Below, piece by piece: positions 1-10,805 of a stretch of 64,000 nucleotides of DNA. Below the pieces are notes generated by a model. It did not search any database. It was not told where the DNA came from and saw only the letters and a list, made by a program, of their open reading frames with translations. The stretch covers positions 1 through 64,000 of the forward strand of contig CAWKAR010000003.1 of NCBI GenBank assembly GCA_963847625.1, written 5' to 3'. The position numbers and the translations under genes were made by a program. This stretch comes from a candidate division FCPU426 bacterium (GTDB taxonomy: Bacteria > Oederibacteriota > Muellerivitia > Muellerivitales > Muellerivitaceae). How positions within the stretch are numbered: position 1 is the stretch's first letter; each line of letters begins with the position of its first letter.

Positions 1-3000
1 ATGAGCCGATATTCACCTTGTGGACGGCGGCGAGCATGAATCCGTCGGAGGGAAACCCCTACGCGGTTGAGGTGGACGAGGACATGGCGGGGGTCACCCA
101 GCAGGCGGAAAGGTTCGTGGTGAACGGGGTGCCGGCGACGGTGAAGTCGGTGGGGGCCTATGTGAGGGAGAACGGTAGCCCCTCGGCGCCGTTGAGTTGG
201 ATGATTATGAACGTGACGTCCGGGGTCACTGTGGCGAGTGGGACACTGCCAACAGGACAATTGGGCACGAGTTACCAGTGGATCGACGCGAACATTACCC
301 CCTCCCTAGCGTTGCCGGTGGGGGTGTACAGGCTGGTGCTGGCTTCGCCGGGATCATCGCTGGGGAGCGACTACCAATGGAGCCTGGCGGGGTCGTCCGT
401 GAATTGTTGCGGGGGTTATTCAGGCATCACCTACGGGAAGGATGAGGCGTTCGGGGAGTACTACTACGGCTCTTTCTGGAGCAGTTACACCAGCAACCCC
501 AATGACAATGATTTCGGGTTCCGGATGCAGTTGGACAACAGCACCCCGACCCCGGCGCCCACCCCCATGACGGGCGTGATTGGGAACCAGTCGGTGTTCT
601 CGGGCGAGAACGCGATTGTCCTGAACGACATGTCGGTAAGGGCAAGCGAGCGGTTCACGGCCCGCTCGGCTATGGCGGTGACGGCGGTGGGGGTGTACTG
701 GGACAGCGCGACTGGGAATCCGGAATACCGGATGGGGATCCAGGGGGATTCAAGCGGTGTGCCGAACGGGACGTACATGTCCACGCCGGTGAATATCAAC
801 CTCTACAACAGCGGATGGCAGACGGTTTACCTGGGCTCGCCCGGGGTGGCTTTGACGGCGGGGACGGTATACCACGTCGTGGTGGAGCCGGTGAACGTGA
901 GTGGGACGAATTACGCGGTCTTGAGGCAATCGAGCGTGCCGGCGGAGAAGTTGTACCCCCTGGGGCAGGCGGCGGACCAGAACTTAGGCATCGCCCAGGA
1001 TTTGGGGGTAGGGACGTGGAACGCAGTAGCGGGGTATGAGCCGATATTCACCTTGTGGACGGCGGCGAGCATGAATCCGTCGGAGGGAAACCCCTACGCG
1101 GTTGAGGTGGACGAGGACATGGCGGGGGTCACCCAGCAGGCGGAAAGGTTCGTGGTGAACGGGGTGCCGGCGACGGTGAAGTCGGTGGGGGCCTATGTGA
1201 GGGAGAACGGTAGCCCCTCGGCGCCGTTGAGTTGGATGATTATGAACGTGACGTCCGGGGTCACTGTGGCAAGTGGGACACTGCCAACAGGACAATTGGG
1301 CACGAGTTACCAGTGGATCGACGCGAACATTACCCCCTCCCTAGCGTTGCCGGTGGGGGTGTACAGGCTGGTGCTGGCTTCGCCGGGATCATCGCTGGGG
1401 AGCGACTACCAATGGAGCCTGGCGGGGTCGTCCGTGAATTGTTGCGGGGGTTATTCAGGCATCACCTACGGGAAGGATGAGGCGTTCGGGGAGTACTACT
1501 ACGGCTCTTTCTGGAGCAGTTACACCAGCAACCCCAATGACAATGATTTCGGGTTCCGGATGCAGTTGGACAACAGCACCCCGACCCCGGCGCCCACCCC
1601 CATGACGGGCGTGATTGGGAACCAGTCGGTGTTCTCGGGCGAGAACGCGATTGTCCTGAACGACATGTCGGTAAGGGCGAGCGAGCGGTTCACGGCCCGC
1701 TCGGCTATGGCGGTGACGGCGGTGGGGGTGTACTGGGACAGCGCGACTGGGAATCCGGAATACCGGATGGGGATCCAGGGGGATTCAAGCGGTGTGCCGA
1801 ACGGGACGTACATGTCCACGCCGGTGAATATCAACCTCTACAACAGCGGATGGCAGACGGTTTACCTGGGCTCGCCCGGGGTGGCTTTGACGGCGGGGAC
1901 GGTATACCACGTCGTGGTGGAGCCGGTGAACGTGAGTGGGACGAATTACGCGGTCTTGAGGCAATCGAGCGTGCCGGCGGAGAAGTTGTACCCCCTGGGG
2001 CAGGCGGCGGACCAGAACTTAGGCATCGCCCAGGATTTGGGGGTAGGGACGTGGAACGCAGTAGCGGGGTATGAGCCGATATTCACCTTGTGGACGGCGG
2101 CGAGCATGAATCCGTCGGAGGGAAACCCCTACGCGGTTGAGGTGGACGAGGACATGGCGGGGGTCACCCAGCAGGCGGAAAGGTTCGTGGTGAACGGGGT
2201 GCCGGCGACGGTGAAGTCGGTGGGGGCCTATGTGAGGGAGAACGGTAGCCCCTCGGCGCCGTTGAGTTGGATGATTATGAACGTGACGTCCGGGGTCACT
2301 GTGGCGAGTGGGACACTGCCAACAGGACAATTGGGCACGAGTTACCAGTGGATCGACGCGAACATTACCCCCTCCCTAGCGTTGCCGGTGGGGGTGTACA
2401 GGCTGGTGCTGGCTTCGCCGGGATCATCGCTGGGGAGCGACTACCAATGGAGCCTGGCGGGGTCGTCCGTGAATTGTTGCGGGGGTTATTCAGGCATCAC
2501 CTACGGGAAGGATGAGGCGTTCGGGGAGTACTACTACGGCTCTTTCTGGAGCAGTTACACCAGCAACCCCAATGACAATGATTTCGGGTTCCGGATGCAG
2601 TTGGACAACAGCACCCCGACCCCGGCGCCCACCCCCATGACGGGCGTGATTGGGAACCAGTCGGTGTTCTCGGGCGAGAACGCGATTGTCCTGAACGATA
2701 TGTCGGTAAGGGCGAGCGAGCGGTTCACGGCCCGCTCGGCTATGGCGGTGACGGCGGTGGGGGTGTACTGGGACAGCGCGACTGGGAATCCGGAATACCG
2801 GATGGGGATCCAGGGGGATTCAAGCGGTGTGCCGAACGGGACGTACATGTCCACGCCGGTGAATATCAACGTCTCCTACATGGGCGGATGGCAGACGGTT
2901 TACCTGGGCTCGCCCGGGGTGGCTTTGACGGCGGGGACGGTGTACCACGTCGTGGTGGAGCCGGTGAACGTGAGTGGGACGAATTACGCGGTCTTGAGGC

Positions 3001-4690
3001 AATCGAGCGTGCCGGCGGAGAAGTTGTACCCCCTGGGGCAGGCGGCGGACCAGAACTTAGGCATCGCCCAGGATTTGGGGGTAGGGACGTGGAACGCAGT
3101 AGCGGGGTATGAGCCGATATTCACCTTGTGGACGGCGGCGAGCATGAATCCGTCGGAGGGAAACCCCTACGCGGTTGAGGTGGATGAGGACATGGCCGGG
3201 GTCACCCAGCAGGCGGAAAGGTTCGTGGTAAACGGCGTGCCGGCGACGGTGAAGTCGGTGGGGGCCTACGTGAGGCAGGTGGGAAGCCCGTCGGCTTCCC
3301 TCATGTGGGAAATAATGAACGTCTCGACGGGGTCGATGGCGGCGTCCGGGATGCTGGCGGCTCCGGGACAGTTGGGGCCAAGTTACCAGTGGATCGACGC
3401 GAACATTACCCCCTCCCTAGCGTTGCCGGTGGGGGTGTACCGTTTCATATTGGTTTCATCGAGCTCATCCATTGGGAGTGACTACCAATGGAGCCTGGCG
3501 GGGTCGTCCGTGAATTGTTGCGGGGGATATTCATTAATTACCTACGGGAAGGACCAGGCCTTTGGGGAGTACTCCAACGGCGGTTATTACTGGTCCAGTT
3601 ACACCAGCAACCCCAATGACAATGATTTCGGGTTCCGGATGCAGGTGGACAACAGCGCGACGCCCACGCCGGCCCCGACGGCCACGCCCAACGGGGCGGT
3701 GGTGATCGGGAACCAGTCGGTGTTCTCGGGCTACAACGATATCGTCATGAACGACCTGTCGGTGAGGGCGAGCGAGCGGTTCACGGCGCGGTCGAACATG
3801 TCGGTGACGCAGGTGGGGTTGTTCTGGGACATCGGATCGGGATTACCGTCGGCCTACCGCGTGGGGTTCCAGGGGGACAACGCCGGGGTGCCGTATGGGA
3901 CGTACGTTGGCGGTTCGTCGCCGGTGACCTTCACCCTGTACAACGACACATGGCAGACGGTTTACCTGGGCACTCCCGGGGTGAGTTTGACGGCGGGGAC
4001 GGTGTACCACCTGGTGGTGGAGCCGGTTTCCGTGACCGGGACAAATTACGCGGTCTTGAGGCAGGCGAGCGTGCCAGGGACGAAGTTGTACCCCCTGGGG
4101 CAGGCGCCGGACCCGAACATGGGCATCGCGCAGGACCTGGGAAGCGGATGGGGCTCGGTGGCGGGAGTGGAGCCCATCTTCACCTTGTACACGGCGGCCA
4201 GTTCGTATCCGGTGGATGGTAACCCCTACGCGGCGCAGTTGGACGAGGACATGGCGGGGGTCACCCAGCAGGCGGAGAGGTTCACCGCGTCCGCCCCTTA
4301 TGTCGTGAACTCCGTCGGGGCTTTTGTGAGAAAAACGGGCAATCCATTGGCGAATTTAAATTGGAGCGTCCAAACTCTGTCCGGCTCAACGGTGGCCTCG
4401 GGCCTTTTCGCCACACCCTCCCTAGTCGGCGCCAGTTACCAATGGCTGGATATTCCCGTTTCACCTTTCGTTTTGCCAACCACGGTTTGCAGGTTCATCC
4501 TCTCCTCGGCCGGCACCCCCGGCAACGACTACCAATGGAGCCTGGCTGGGTCCGAGTTTATGAGCGTTTTTGAATACGCGTTGATTTCCTACGGTGCGGA
4601 CCAGTCCTATGGGGAGTTCTACAACGGTTCTTCCTGGAGCATTAATTTCAGTCCCGGTATTAATGACAACGATTTTGGGTTCCGTCTTTG
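1..4690 (+). repeat. Intragenic 1035-bp tandem repeat: about 3 near-identical copies plus progressively diverged copies
   Basis: The same sequence recurs at 197/1232/2267 with only isolated SNPs. Divergence increases after about 2870. Confidence 0.95.
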
Positions 4691-6137
4691 GTCGAATGGA
4701 AGCGTAGCCACTTCCACTCCCACCGTCACATCTACTATCACCCTTACCCCGACGCGGACTTCCACCCCCACTTCCACACCCACATTCCAGCCGGTCGCCG
4801 TTTACACGCCCACCACCGGGGATATCTGCCCCTTCGATGTCGCGGTGGGGGGCGGTTACATCGCGTTCAATGACGGGACCATTGACGGGAAAATTTCGGT
4901 GTACGACAACAACGCCGATTGGCTTTATGACATCCAAACCACTAACAGCTGGCTGGGCGGCATGGATATTGATTCCAACGGCGAACTTTATGTCGCCGAA
5001 TATGGTATAGGCGTGGTGGGTTACCAGTTGATTCCAGGCCATACCCCGCCCGGTATTGAATATTCCTGGAGCGCGCAAGGAAAAATTAGTTTATGCAGCG
5101 GTGTCAAAGTCGAAGGCAGTGGAGCCGCTGAGAAACTGGTGATCGCCGATGATACCGGGATTTGGGTCACTACTTTTAAAGATGATACAGGCTCAAATGT
5201 AATTCCCTTTGGGCCTAATAATTACCCGGAAAATGTGGCGCTGGACTCGGCCGGGAACATCTACGTCAGCACCTGGAATACCAGTAATTCGGGGAACGCG
5301 CCCATCTTCGAGTACAACAGCTCATACACACTCGTGAATTCCTTCTATGGGGCAGGCTGGGTTACGCCTTTGGGGCCTTACTGCGCCGGAATCGTGGTGG
5401 ACTCGCTTAACAACCTTTATATTTCCGACTTTGACAATGGCCGCGTGGCTTGCGCCACGACCCTGGGGGGATACGTGGGGGAGATAGATGGTTTCAGCTA
5501 CCTAGGCGACATCGCGTTGGATGCCTCGCAAGACTTGTTCGTGGCCAATTATGGCGATTGCGCCGTGGATGAATACAACACGCTTGCCGGCGGCTTCCCG
5601 AAAACCGCCAAACCGGACAGGATCATAGGCATCTGCACACCCACCGTCACCGCCACGCCCACGGTGACTTCAACCCCTACTTTCCCGCTCCCAACCCCTA
5701 CCTTCACTTCCACGCCCACCCCTTCCATGACCGCCACCCCCACCGCGAGCCTTACGTCCACTCCCACTCCAACCGATTCGGCTACCCCTACCATGACCAA
5801 CACGGTCACGATGACTCTGTCGCCTACTCTTACCCTGACTCCTACCTGTACTTCTGTGCCCGGCGTTTCCGTGGTGGCCGCGCCGAGTATTTCCTGGGAC
5901 GGGACGCCCATCCAATTCCGGGTCAATTTGAACGCGTCATCCCCCATCCAACTATCCCTTTATTCCATTGTGGGTGAGAGGGTCTATTCTGCGGATATGG
6001 CTGGAAACCCCGGCCTGAACCAGTTGGAATGGGGCTTGAAAAACAACTCCGGGTCGCAAGTGGCGACGGGGCTCTACCTATACCGCGTTCAGATGAATGA
6101 CAAAGTTTATAGTGGTAAGGTGGTCGTGATCCATTAA
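3..6137 (+). CDS. Giant repetitive surface/secreted protein, 5'-partial: 345-aa beta-rich tandem repeats, Thr/Pro linkers, NHL-like propeller, C-terminal FlgD-Ig-like sorting domain
   Basis: Frame is open from the window start. Repeat period is 1035 bp. Contains TPTPT linkers, NHL-like motifs (VALDSAGNIYV, IVVDSLNNLYISD) and C-terminus WGLKNNSGSQVATGLYLYRV...GKVVVIH. Confidence 0.85.
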   Translation, partial: EPIFTLWTAASMNPSEGNPYAVEVDEDMAGVTQQAERFVVNGVPATVKSVGAYVRENGSPSAPLSWMIMNVTSGVTVASGTLPTGQLGTSYQWIDANITPSLALPVGVYRLVLASPGSSLGSDYQWSLAGSSVNCCGGYSGITYGKDEAFGEYYYGSFWSSYTSNPNDNDFGFRMQLDNSTPTPAPTPMTGVIGNQSVFSGENAIVLNDMSVRASERFTARSAMAVTAVGVYWDSATGNPEYRMGIQGDSSGVPNGTYMSTPVNINLYNSGWQTVYLGSPGVALTAGTVYHVVVEPVNVSGTNYAVLRQSSVPAEKLYPLGQAADQNLGIAQDLGVGTWNAVAGYEPIFTLWTAASMNPSEGNPYAVEVDEDMAGVTQQAERFVVNGVPATVKSVGAYVRENGSPSAPLSWMIMNVTSGVTVASGTLPTGQLGTSYQWIDANITPSLALPVGVYRLVLASPGSSLGSDYQWSLAGSSVNCCGGYSGITYGKDEAFGEYYYGSFWSSYTSNPNDNDFGFRMQLDNSTPTPAPTPMTGVIGNQSVFSGENAIVLNDMSVRASERFTARSAMAVTAVGVYWDSATGNPEYRMGIQGDSSGVPNGTYMSTPVNINLYNSGWQTVYLGSPGVALTAGTVYHVVVEPVNVSGTNYAVLRQSSVPAEKLYPLGQAADQNLGIAQDLGVGTWNAVAGYEPIFTLWTAASMNPSEGNPYAVEVDEDMAGVTQQAERFVVNGVPATVKSVGAYVRENGSPSAPLSWMIMNVTSGVTVASGTLPTGQLGTSYQWIDANITPSLALPVGVYRLVLASPGSSLGSDYQWSLAGSSVNCCGGYSGITYGKDEAFGEYYYGSFWSSYTSNPNDNDFGFRMQLDNSTPTPAPTPMTGVIGNQSVFSGENAIVLNDMSVRASERFTARSAMAVTAVGVYWDSATGNPEYRMGIQGDSSGVPNGTYMSTPVNINVSYMGGWQTVYLGSPGVALTAGTVYHVVVEPVNVSGTNYAVLRQSSVPAEKLYPLGQAADQNLGIAQDLGVGTWNAVAGYEPIFTLWTAASMNPSEGNPYAVEVDEDMAGVTQQAERFVVNGVPATVKSVGAYVRQVGSPSASLMWEIMNVSTGSMAASGMLAAPGQLGPSYQWIDANITPSLALPVGVYRFILVSSSSSIGSDYQWSLAGSSVNCCGGYSLITYGKDQAFGEYSNGGYYWSSYTSNPNDNDFGFRMQVDNSATPTPAPTATPNGAVVIGNQSVFSGYNDIVMNDLSVRASERFTARSNMSVTQVGLFWDIGSGLPSAYRVGFQGDNAGVPYGTYVGGSSPVTFTLYNDTWQTVYLGTPGVSLTAGTVYHLVVEPVSVTGTNYAVLRQASVPGTKLYPLGQAPDPNMGIAQDLGSGWGSVAGVEPIFTLYTAASSYPVDGNPYAAQLDEDMAGVTQQAERFTASAPYVVNSVGAFVRKTGNPLANLNWSVQTLSGSTVASGLFATPSLVGASYQWLDIPVSPFVLPTTVCRFILSSAGTPGNDYQWSLAGSEFMSVFEYALISYGADQSYGEFYNGSSWSINFSPGINDNDFGFRLWSNGSVATSTPTVTSTITLTPTRTSTPTSTPTFQPVAVYTPTTGDICPFDVAVGGGYIAFNDGTIDGKISVYDNNADWLYDIQTTNSWLGGMDIDSNGELYVAEYGIGVVGYQLIPGHTPPGIEYSWSAQGKISLCSGVKVEGSGAAEKLVIADDTGIWVTTFKDDTGSNVIPFGPNNYPENVALDSAGNIYVSTWNTSNSGNAPIFEYNSSYTLVNSFYGAGWVTPLGPYCAGIVVDSLNNLYISDFDNGRVACATTLGGYVGEIDGFSYLGDIALDASQDLFVANYGDCAVDEYNTLAGGFPKTAKPDRIIGICTPTVTATPTVTSTPTFPLPTPTFTSTPTPSMTATPTASLTSTPTPTDSATPTMTNTVTMTLSPTLTLTPTCTSVPGVSVVAAPSISWDGTPIQFRVNLNASSPIQLSLYSIVGERVYSADMAGNPGLNQLEWGLKNNSGSQVATGLYLYRVQMNDKVYSGKVVVIH

Positions 6138-6195
6138 ACAAAGCCCCGAATTTTGAATTTTGAATGTTGAATTTTGAATTTCGGATCGATTTCCG

Positions 6196-6270
6196 TGCCA
6201 ATTTTCCCTAAGACAGTTAATGAAATTGGTACGATACCAGCCCCAATATTATTTTTATGGAGGGCTGGCA
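6196..6270. mobile_element. Family A double-hairpin miniature element (CG duplication)
   Basis: CG|TGCCAATTT..AAATTGGTA-CGA-TACCAGCCC..GGGCTGGCA|CG. Confidence 0.8.
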
Positions 6271-6342
6271 CGCATTCCGGAAATCCTAAATAATTTAGAA
6301 TATAAAATTAAGAATCAAAAATTAAATTTCACGGAGGGTGTG

Positions 6343-6591
6343 ATGAAAAAAGCAATTATGGCAGTGATGGCGGTGGCATTTCTGGCGGCGTTCACCAGCA
6401 TGAGCTGGGCTCAAGTCCAATCCACGCCGGTGGTGCCCAAGCACAAGCGCGCGCATACCCGTCCGCCTTATTCGGGGCCCAAGAAAGCGGTTGATCCCAG
6501 CAAGGTCCATCCCCGTTTCATGCCCAAGAACCGGGGCCATCAAAACGCGGCGAAGACCCCCACGGCGAGCGGGCAAATTATCGTCCGCTGA
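6343..6591 (+). CDS. Small basic exported protein
   Basis: RBS GGAGG, signal peptide MKKAIMAVMAVAFLAAFTSMSWA, Lys/Pro-rich mature part. Confidence 0.7.
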   Translation: MKKAIMAVMAVAFLAAFTSMSWAQVQSTPVVPKHKRAHTRPPYSGPKKAVDPSKVHPRFMPKNRGHQNAAKTPTASGQIIVR

Positions 6592-6638
6592 TCCGTCCAA
6601 CGTCGGTCAATTGCTTCTTATTTTCGCGGCAGGAACTA

Positions 6639-6712
6639 TGCCAGCCTTCCATAAGGTTGTTAATGGGGCTGGTATAGTACCGATCTCATTATATTTTTAT
6701 GGATGATCGGCA
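6639..6712. mobile_element. Family A double-hairpin miniature element
   Basis: TGCCAGCC..GGCTGGTA-TAG-TACCGATC..GATCGGCA; flanks TA/CA. Confidence 0.75.
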
Positions 6713-6743
6713 CATGCCATACTTCCAATGGCCTGAACGAGTA

Positions 6744-6974
6744 TTAGACATGGCTTAGGAAATCTTCAAGGCTAACTTTTGCCTGTTTTATGATGTGCGC
6801 CAATGTGCTTCGCAAGACAGGTTGGTGGGCCGGCACCGTAATTTTGATGACTTCACCCTCTGGAGTCGACTTCTGCAGGCGAATGTGGCTCCCCTTTTGA
6901 CGCACCACGACAAAACCCAATCTTTGGAGGGATGAAATAATGCGATGATAAGGAAGGCTTGGTACCTTGCTCAA
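6744..6974 (-). CDS. hicA: HicA family toxin
   Basis: LGFVVVRQKGSHIRL..TVPAH..STLAHIIKQA motif; overlaps hicB. Confidence 0.9.
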   Translation of the reverse strand: MSKVPSLPYHRIISSLQRLGFVVVRQKGSHIRLQKSTPEGEVIKITVPAHQPVLRSTLAHIIKQAKVSLEDFLSHV

Positions 6975-7174
6975 ACTGCGATTTTTTCAACTATGGCGTT
7001 CGGGCTGGCCATTAAATCGTCATCCACCGGCTCCAGGTATAGGCTAATGGCTTCCCGGATATTTTTCATGGCTTCTTTTTTTGTTTTACCCTCGGAGATG
7101 CAGCCTGGAAGAGCCGGGACAAGGGCCGTATAACCGCCTTCTTCGCTTGGTTCCAACAGGACTTTCAAATCCAT
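6971..7174 (-). CDS. hicB: HicB family antitoxin
   Basis: EEGGYTALVPALPGCISEGKT..EAMKNIREAI. Confidence 0.9.
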   Translation of the reverse strand: MDLKVLLEPSEEGGYTALVPALPGCISEGKTKKEAMKNIREAISLYLEPVDDDLMASPNAIVEKIAV

Positions 7175-7559
7175 TTACCACCGCCCTTAAACATTTGCTT
7201 TCATGGGAAAGTATATTACACCGAATGACTAGAATCAAAGCCCGGCAATCAAGGCAGGAAAAACAAGGTCCTAAGCCATTATCATTTGGAAGTTTCGGCC
7301 CTGGCCACATCAAGAAAACCAGCCATTACCAAGGCAAAACCGCAATTGTTAAACAAGATATCGGAATTTCTATGCTATAATTCCGGGCTTCACCCGTAGG
7401 GAAATGTAGAATTTACAATGAATAATGAACAATGAATGGAATTAAAAACGCCTGGAAAAAGCACTTCAAAGGCTGAATGAAGAAAGGATGTTGTGATTCA
7501 GGTTCAGGATGCCACATAACAAGGCCTGGCCCTAAAGTGTTCTTGTAAAAGGACCGCCC

Positions 7560-7796
7560 ATGAGCGAATTAATGCCGGTTTCCGCCATCGAGGAGAAAAT
7601 ACTTTTGATCCGTGGGCGGAAGGTCATGCTGGACCGTGATTTGGCGGGATTGTACGGCGTGGGGACACGGGATTTGAACAAAGCCGTTTCCAGGAACAAG
7701 GACCGGTTTCCCGATGATTTCTCGTTTTTCCTTTCCAAGATCGATCTTGAAAACTTGATGTTCCAGAATGGAACATCAAGTTGGGGCGGCATCTAA
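7560..7796 (+). pseudogene. ORF6N (KilA-N-like) DNA-binding domain, C-terminally truncated
   Basis: IRGRKVMLDRDLAGLYGVGT..LNKAVSRNKDRFPDDF; stops right after SSWGG. Confidence 0.75.
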
Positions 7797-7983
7797 TCCC
7801 TTTGTGGAAAGGCAATTTTGAATTCTTAGTTTTAAATTAGGAATTGCAGCGAGGACATTCGGCTGAGCATCACGCACCGCAGCGTGATGCAGTGATTTGT
7901 ACCGCAGCAAATGGCAGTGAGTCGAAGCCCTTGTTGAACTGCTTTTGCCTTTTCTAGTTTGTTCCACGGTCTTGACGGTTAGT

Positions 7984-9357
7984 TGATAAACGTCAGATCA
8001 TCGATGACTTAATGATACGTCACATCATCGATAACTCCCCAGGAGGGCTCTTAGCCCTCCTGGGACAACCTCTTTCTACCGCAGTTTGTAATCGTACTCC
8101 TCCGCCTTCAAGCCATCATGGAACAGTTCTAGTTTCTGCCTTCGAACATCTACTGTCCCCACTACATACTCATGGGTTAGACTTTTAGGCACTTCGAACA
8201 TCTCTCCGAACATGTTCAACCGGTGGTTGCTCCGTATCAGCCGAACCAAGTGGTATTTCCCACTCGTCGGTTTGGACAACGGATGTTGGGGTGGTTGGGT
8301 TTCGTAAGGAAATCTCGGCTTCTCCCCCAATCCTTCCAGGGCCTGTAAAGGCGTCCTGCCCTTGAGCTTGCTGTAGCGGTACCGGCTGTTGTGTTTGTTC
8401 TCGAACCCGAGAGATTTCGTCCACAGAGCCTTTCCCGGTCTCAGGTTCACTTTCCCCAGGAATTTTTGTTCGTAGTGGTCGTTGAACTTTTCCACCACTC
8501 CGTTGCGCCAGGGCTCTGCCGGTGGAATGAACCACAATTCAATGCCCTGATGCAGGCAAAGCCGGATTAAAGGCCCCATTCCCCTCGGATACTTCGGACT
8601 TCCATAAAACTCCTCGGCGTTATCCACCTGGAGGTTCTGGGGGATTCCCAAACGCCTCCAAATGGCCCAGAATGCGTTAAAAACGCTCTGCCCATCCCTT
8701 CCCAACGACGGTTGGATTCCACAACGTCCCGTGGCCAGGTCCACTGCGTTCAAACTGTAAAACCGAGGTCCTCCCAAAAGGTAATTCGCTCCCACCCAGT
8801 CCGCTTGCTGCACCTCATTCACAGCATGTCCTGAAAGCTTTGGATAGGGCGTTCCTTTGGCAAAATACCGCCCCGTCCTTCGATGGGTCAGTTGATTGCG
8901 CCTCAGGATTCGGTCCACAGTACTGGGCGATGGAAGCGATTGAATCCCCAGGTCCGCCAACTCACCCAGTATGGCTTGCGTTCCGCAAAACACCCCCTGG
9001 TTGTAGAGTTGGAGACGAACCATCTGAACGGCCTTTTCAATTTCCTCCTTCGTGCGATCCGGATAGCGTTGCCGGGCTTTCGATCCCTCGACGTACCAAG
9101 CCTTTTTTTTTGGTCTTATAACGCTTCAGCCATTTGTAGAGCCAAAATTTGGAATGCCCCAAGGCTCTACAGATGGCGGTGGGACTTTCACCCTTTTGGT
9201 ACTTTTCCACAGCTAAAATGCGTTCTTTTTGCGCTTCCTCCTTCATGAATACCTCCCTTTCAAGAGATGTTCATGAGTATAATTTTTACTCCTTCTAAAG
9301 AGGCAGTCATCAATGATGTGACGTTTTTAACGGTTAGCGATGATCTGACGTTTATCA
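7984..9357 (-). mobile_element. IS481-like insertion sequence
   Basis: 20-bp terminal IRs TGATAAACGTCAGATCATCG / CGATGATCTGACGTTTATCA; 6-bp TSD GTTAGT at 7978-7983 and 9358-9363. Confidence 0.9.
8076..9246 (-). CDS. IS481-like DDE transposase split at an A9 run (HTH part 9037-9246 plus rve core 8076-9023)
   Basis: rve motifs QADW, QVDNAEEF, PWRNGVVEKFN. Removing one A at about 9103-9111 fuses the two frames. Confidence 0.85.
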
Positions 9358-9400
9358 GTTAGTTATTATTGGTCCTATGATTGAAGCATTGGGGGATGGG

Positions 9401-9628
9401 ATGATGGATTTAACAAAAATTATCACAATGGAACCGGGAAAAAGGGGCGGAAAACCTTGTATTCGCGGCTTGAGAATCACGGTTTATGATGTACTTGAAT
9501 ACCTGGCTTCCGGCATGTCCCATGACCAAATCCTTAAGGATTTTCCATACCTTACCGAGAAAGACATCCGGGCCTGCCTGAGTTACGCGGCCGAAAGAGA
9601 ACGACACACCCTCGCCGTCCAGCCATGA
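9401..9628 (+). CDS. DUF433 family antitoxin
   Basis: PGKRGGKPCIRGLRITVYDVLEYLASGMS..DFPYLTEKDIRACLSYA. Confidence 0.9.
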   Translation: MMDLTKIITMEPGKRGGKPCIRGLRITVYDVLEYLASGMSHDQILKDFPYLTEKDIRACLSYAAERERHTLAVQP

Positions 9629-10184
9629 AATTGATTTTCGATCAAAATCTTTCACCCAAACTTGCTAACAGACTCCAAGATCTCTTTCCAGGATCAACCC
9701 ATGTTTACTTATGCGGCCTTGGGACGGCCATGGATCTAAAAGTTTGTGCCGATTCACCATTAAGTGAAAATTGAAATCGGTACGATACCAGCCTCAATGC
9801 CAGCTTTATGGAAGGCTGGCATGGGAATACGCCAAAAACAATGGTTTCAATATTGTTTCAAAAGACGCTGATTACGCGGAAATAAGCATCGCCAGGGGTT
9901 ACCCCCCAAAAGTAATTTGGATTCAACTCAGCAATTGTTCAACAGCCCAAATTGAGGAATCAATCCGCGGGGATATTGGGTATATCATGCAGTTGGATAC
10001 AAACCCAGACTTGAGTATTATCACTATTGGTTTTAAAGACCACCCAACCGCCCATGAACCCCATGCCGTTTACCGGCCTCCTGAGGCCACCAGCCGAAGG
10101 AGAAGGTTGCCGGCGCAGATTCAAAAGGAAAATCTGTATAAAACAAAGAAAACCAAAACGCGGCACCGGAAAAAAACAAGGTGA
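9625..10184 (+). pseudogene. DUF5615/PIN-like toxin frameshifted by a family A element
   Basis: MKLIFDQNLSPKL...AMDLKV | WEYAKNNGFNIVSKDADY. Removing 9747-9823 restores GTT TGG GAA in frame. Confidence 0.9.
9747..9821. mobile_element. Family A element inside the toxin gene (TG duplication)
   Basis: TG|TGCCGATT..AATCGGTA-CGA-TACCAGCC..GGCTGGCA|TG. Confidence 0.9.
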
Positions 10185-10334
10185 AAAGGGCCGATTTACT
10201 GGGAAAACCAGTGGTTTTTTGCTATTTCCGGGATGGTTTTTGGTTAATTAAGCCGGCTGAATGTTTTATACTCAACGGCTTATCCCCCAACAAAAAAGGG
10301 GGATTTTAAATTCTAAGTTTTGAATGAATAATTT

Positions 10335-10805
10335 ATGAAACAACCCTTGATGCGAATTTATGTGGATACCTCAGTTATCGGTGGGTGTTTCGATAAGGAA
10401 TTCGCGGCTGATTCGAAAAAGTTTTTAGAACTGGTCAAGAACGGGCAAATCCGGATGTTAATCAGTGAGATCGTGGTGGATGAATTGGCCAAAGCCCCAA
10501 ATAAAGTCAGGCTCGCTTTGGAAAACCTCCCCCCAGAAAGTTTGGAAATAGTGGATCTGACTCAGGAAGTGAAAGATTTGAGGGATGCTTACCTAACCGC
10601 TGGTATCCTGACAACGGATTCAAAAAATGACGCCACCCATGTCGCGGCGGCCACCATACATGACGCGGATGCAATAGTTTCGTGGAATTTCAAGCATATC
10701 GTACAACTCGGGAAAATGAGAATGTATAATCGAGTTAACCAAACCAAAGGTTACGGTTATTTGAATATTGTTTCACCAAAAGAGGTTTCTAGTGAACCGG
10801 AATGA
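10335..10805 (+). CDS. PIN domain toxin
   Basis: IYVDTSVIGG..E..DATHVAAAT..DAIVSWNFKHIV. Confidence 0.9.
   Translation: MKQPLMRIYVDTSVIGGCFDKEFAADSKKFLELVKNGQIRMLISEIVVDELAKAPNKVRLALENLPPESLEIVDLTQEVKDLRDAYLTAGILTTDSKNDATHVAAATIHDADAIVSWNFKHIVQLGKMRMYNRVNQTKGYGYLNIVSPKEVSSEPE

Noticed and set aside
6220..6342. N-terminal extensions such as MKLVRYQPQ (6220), MKSVRYQPQ (9771), 45401 and 55687 ORFs
   Set aside because: They are translations of family A elements, not independent genes.
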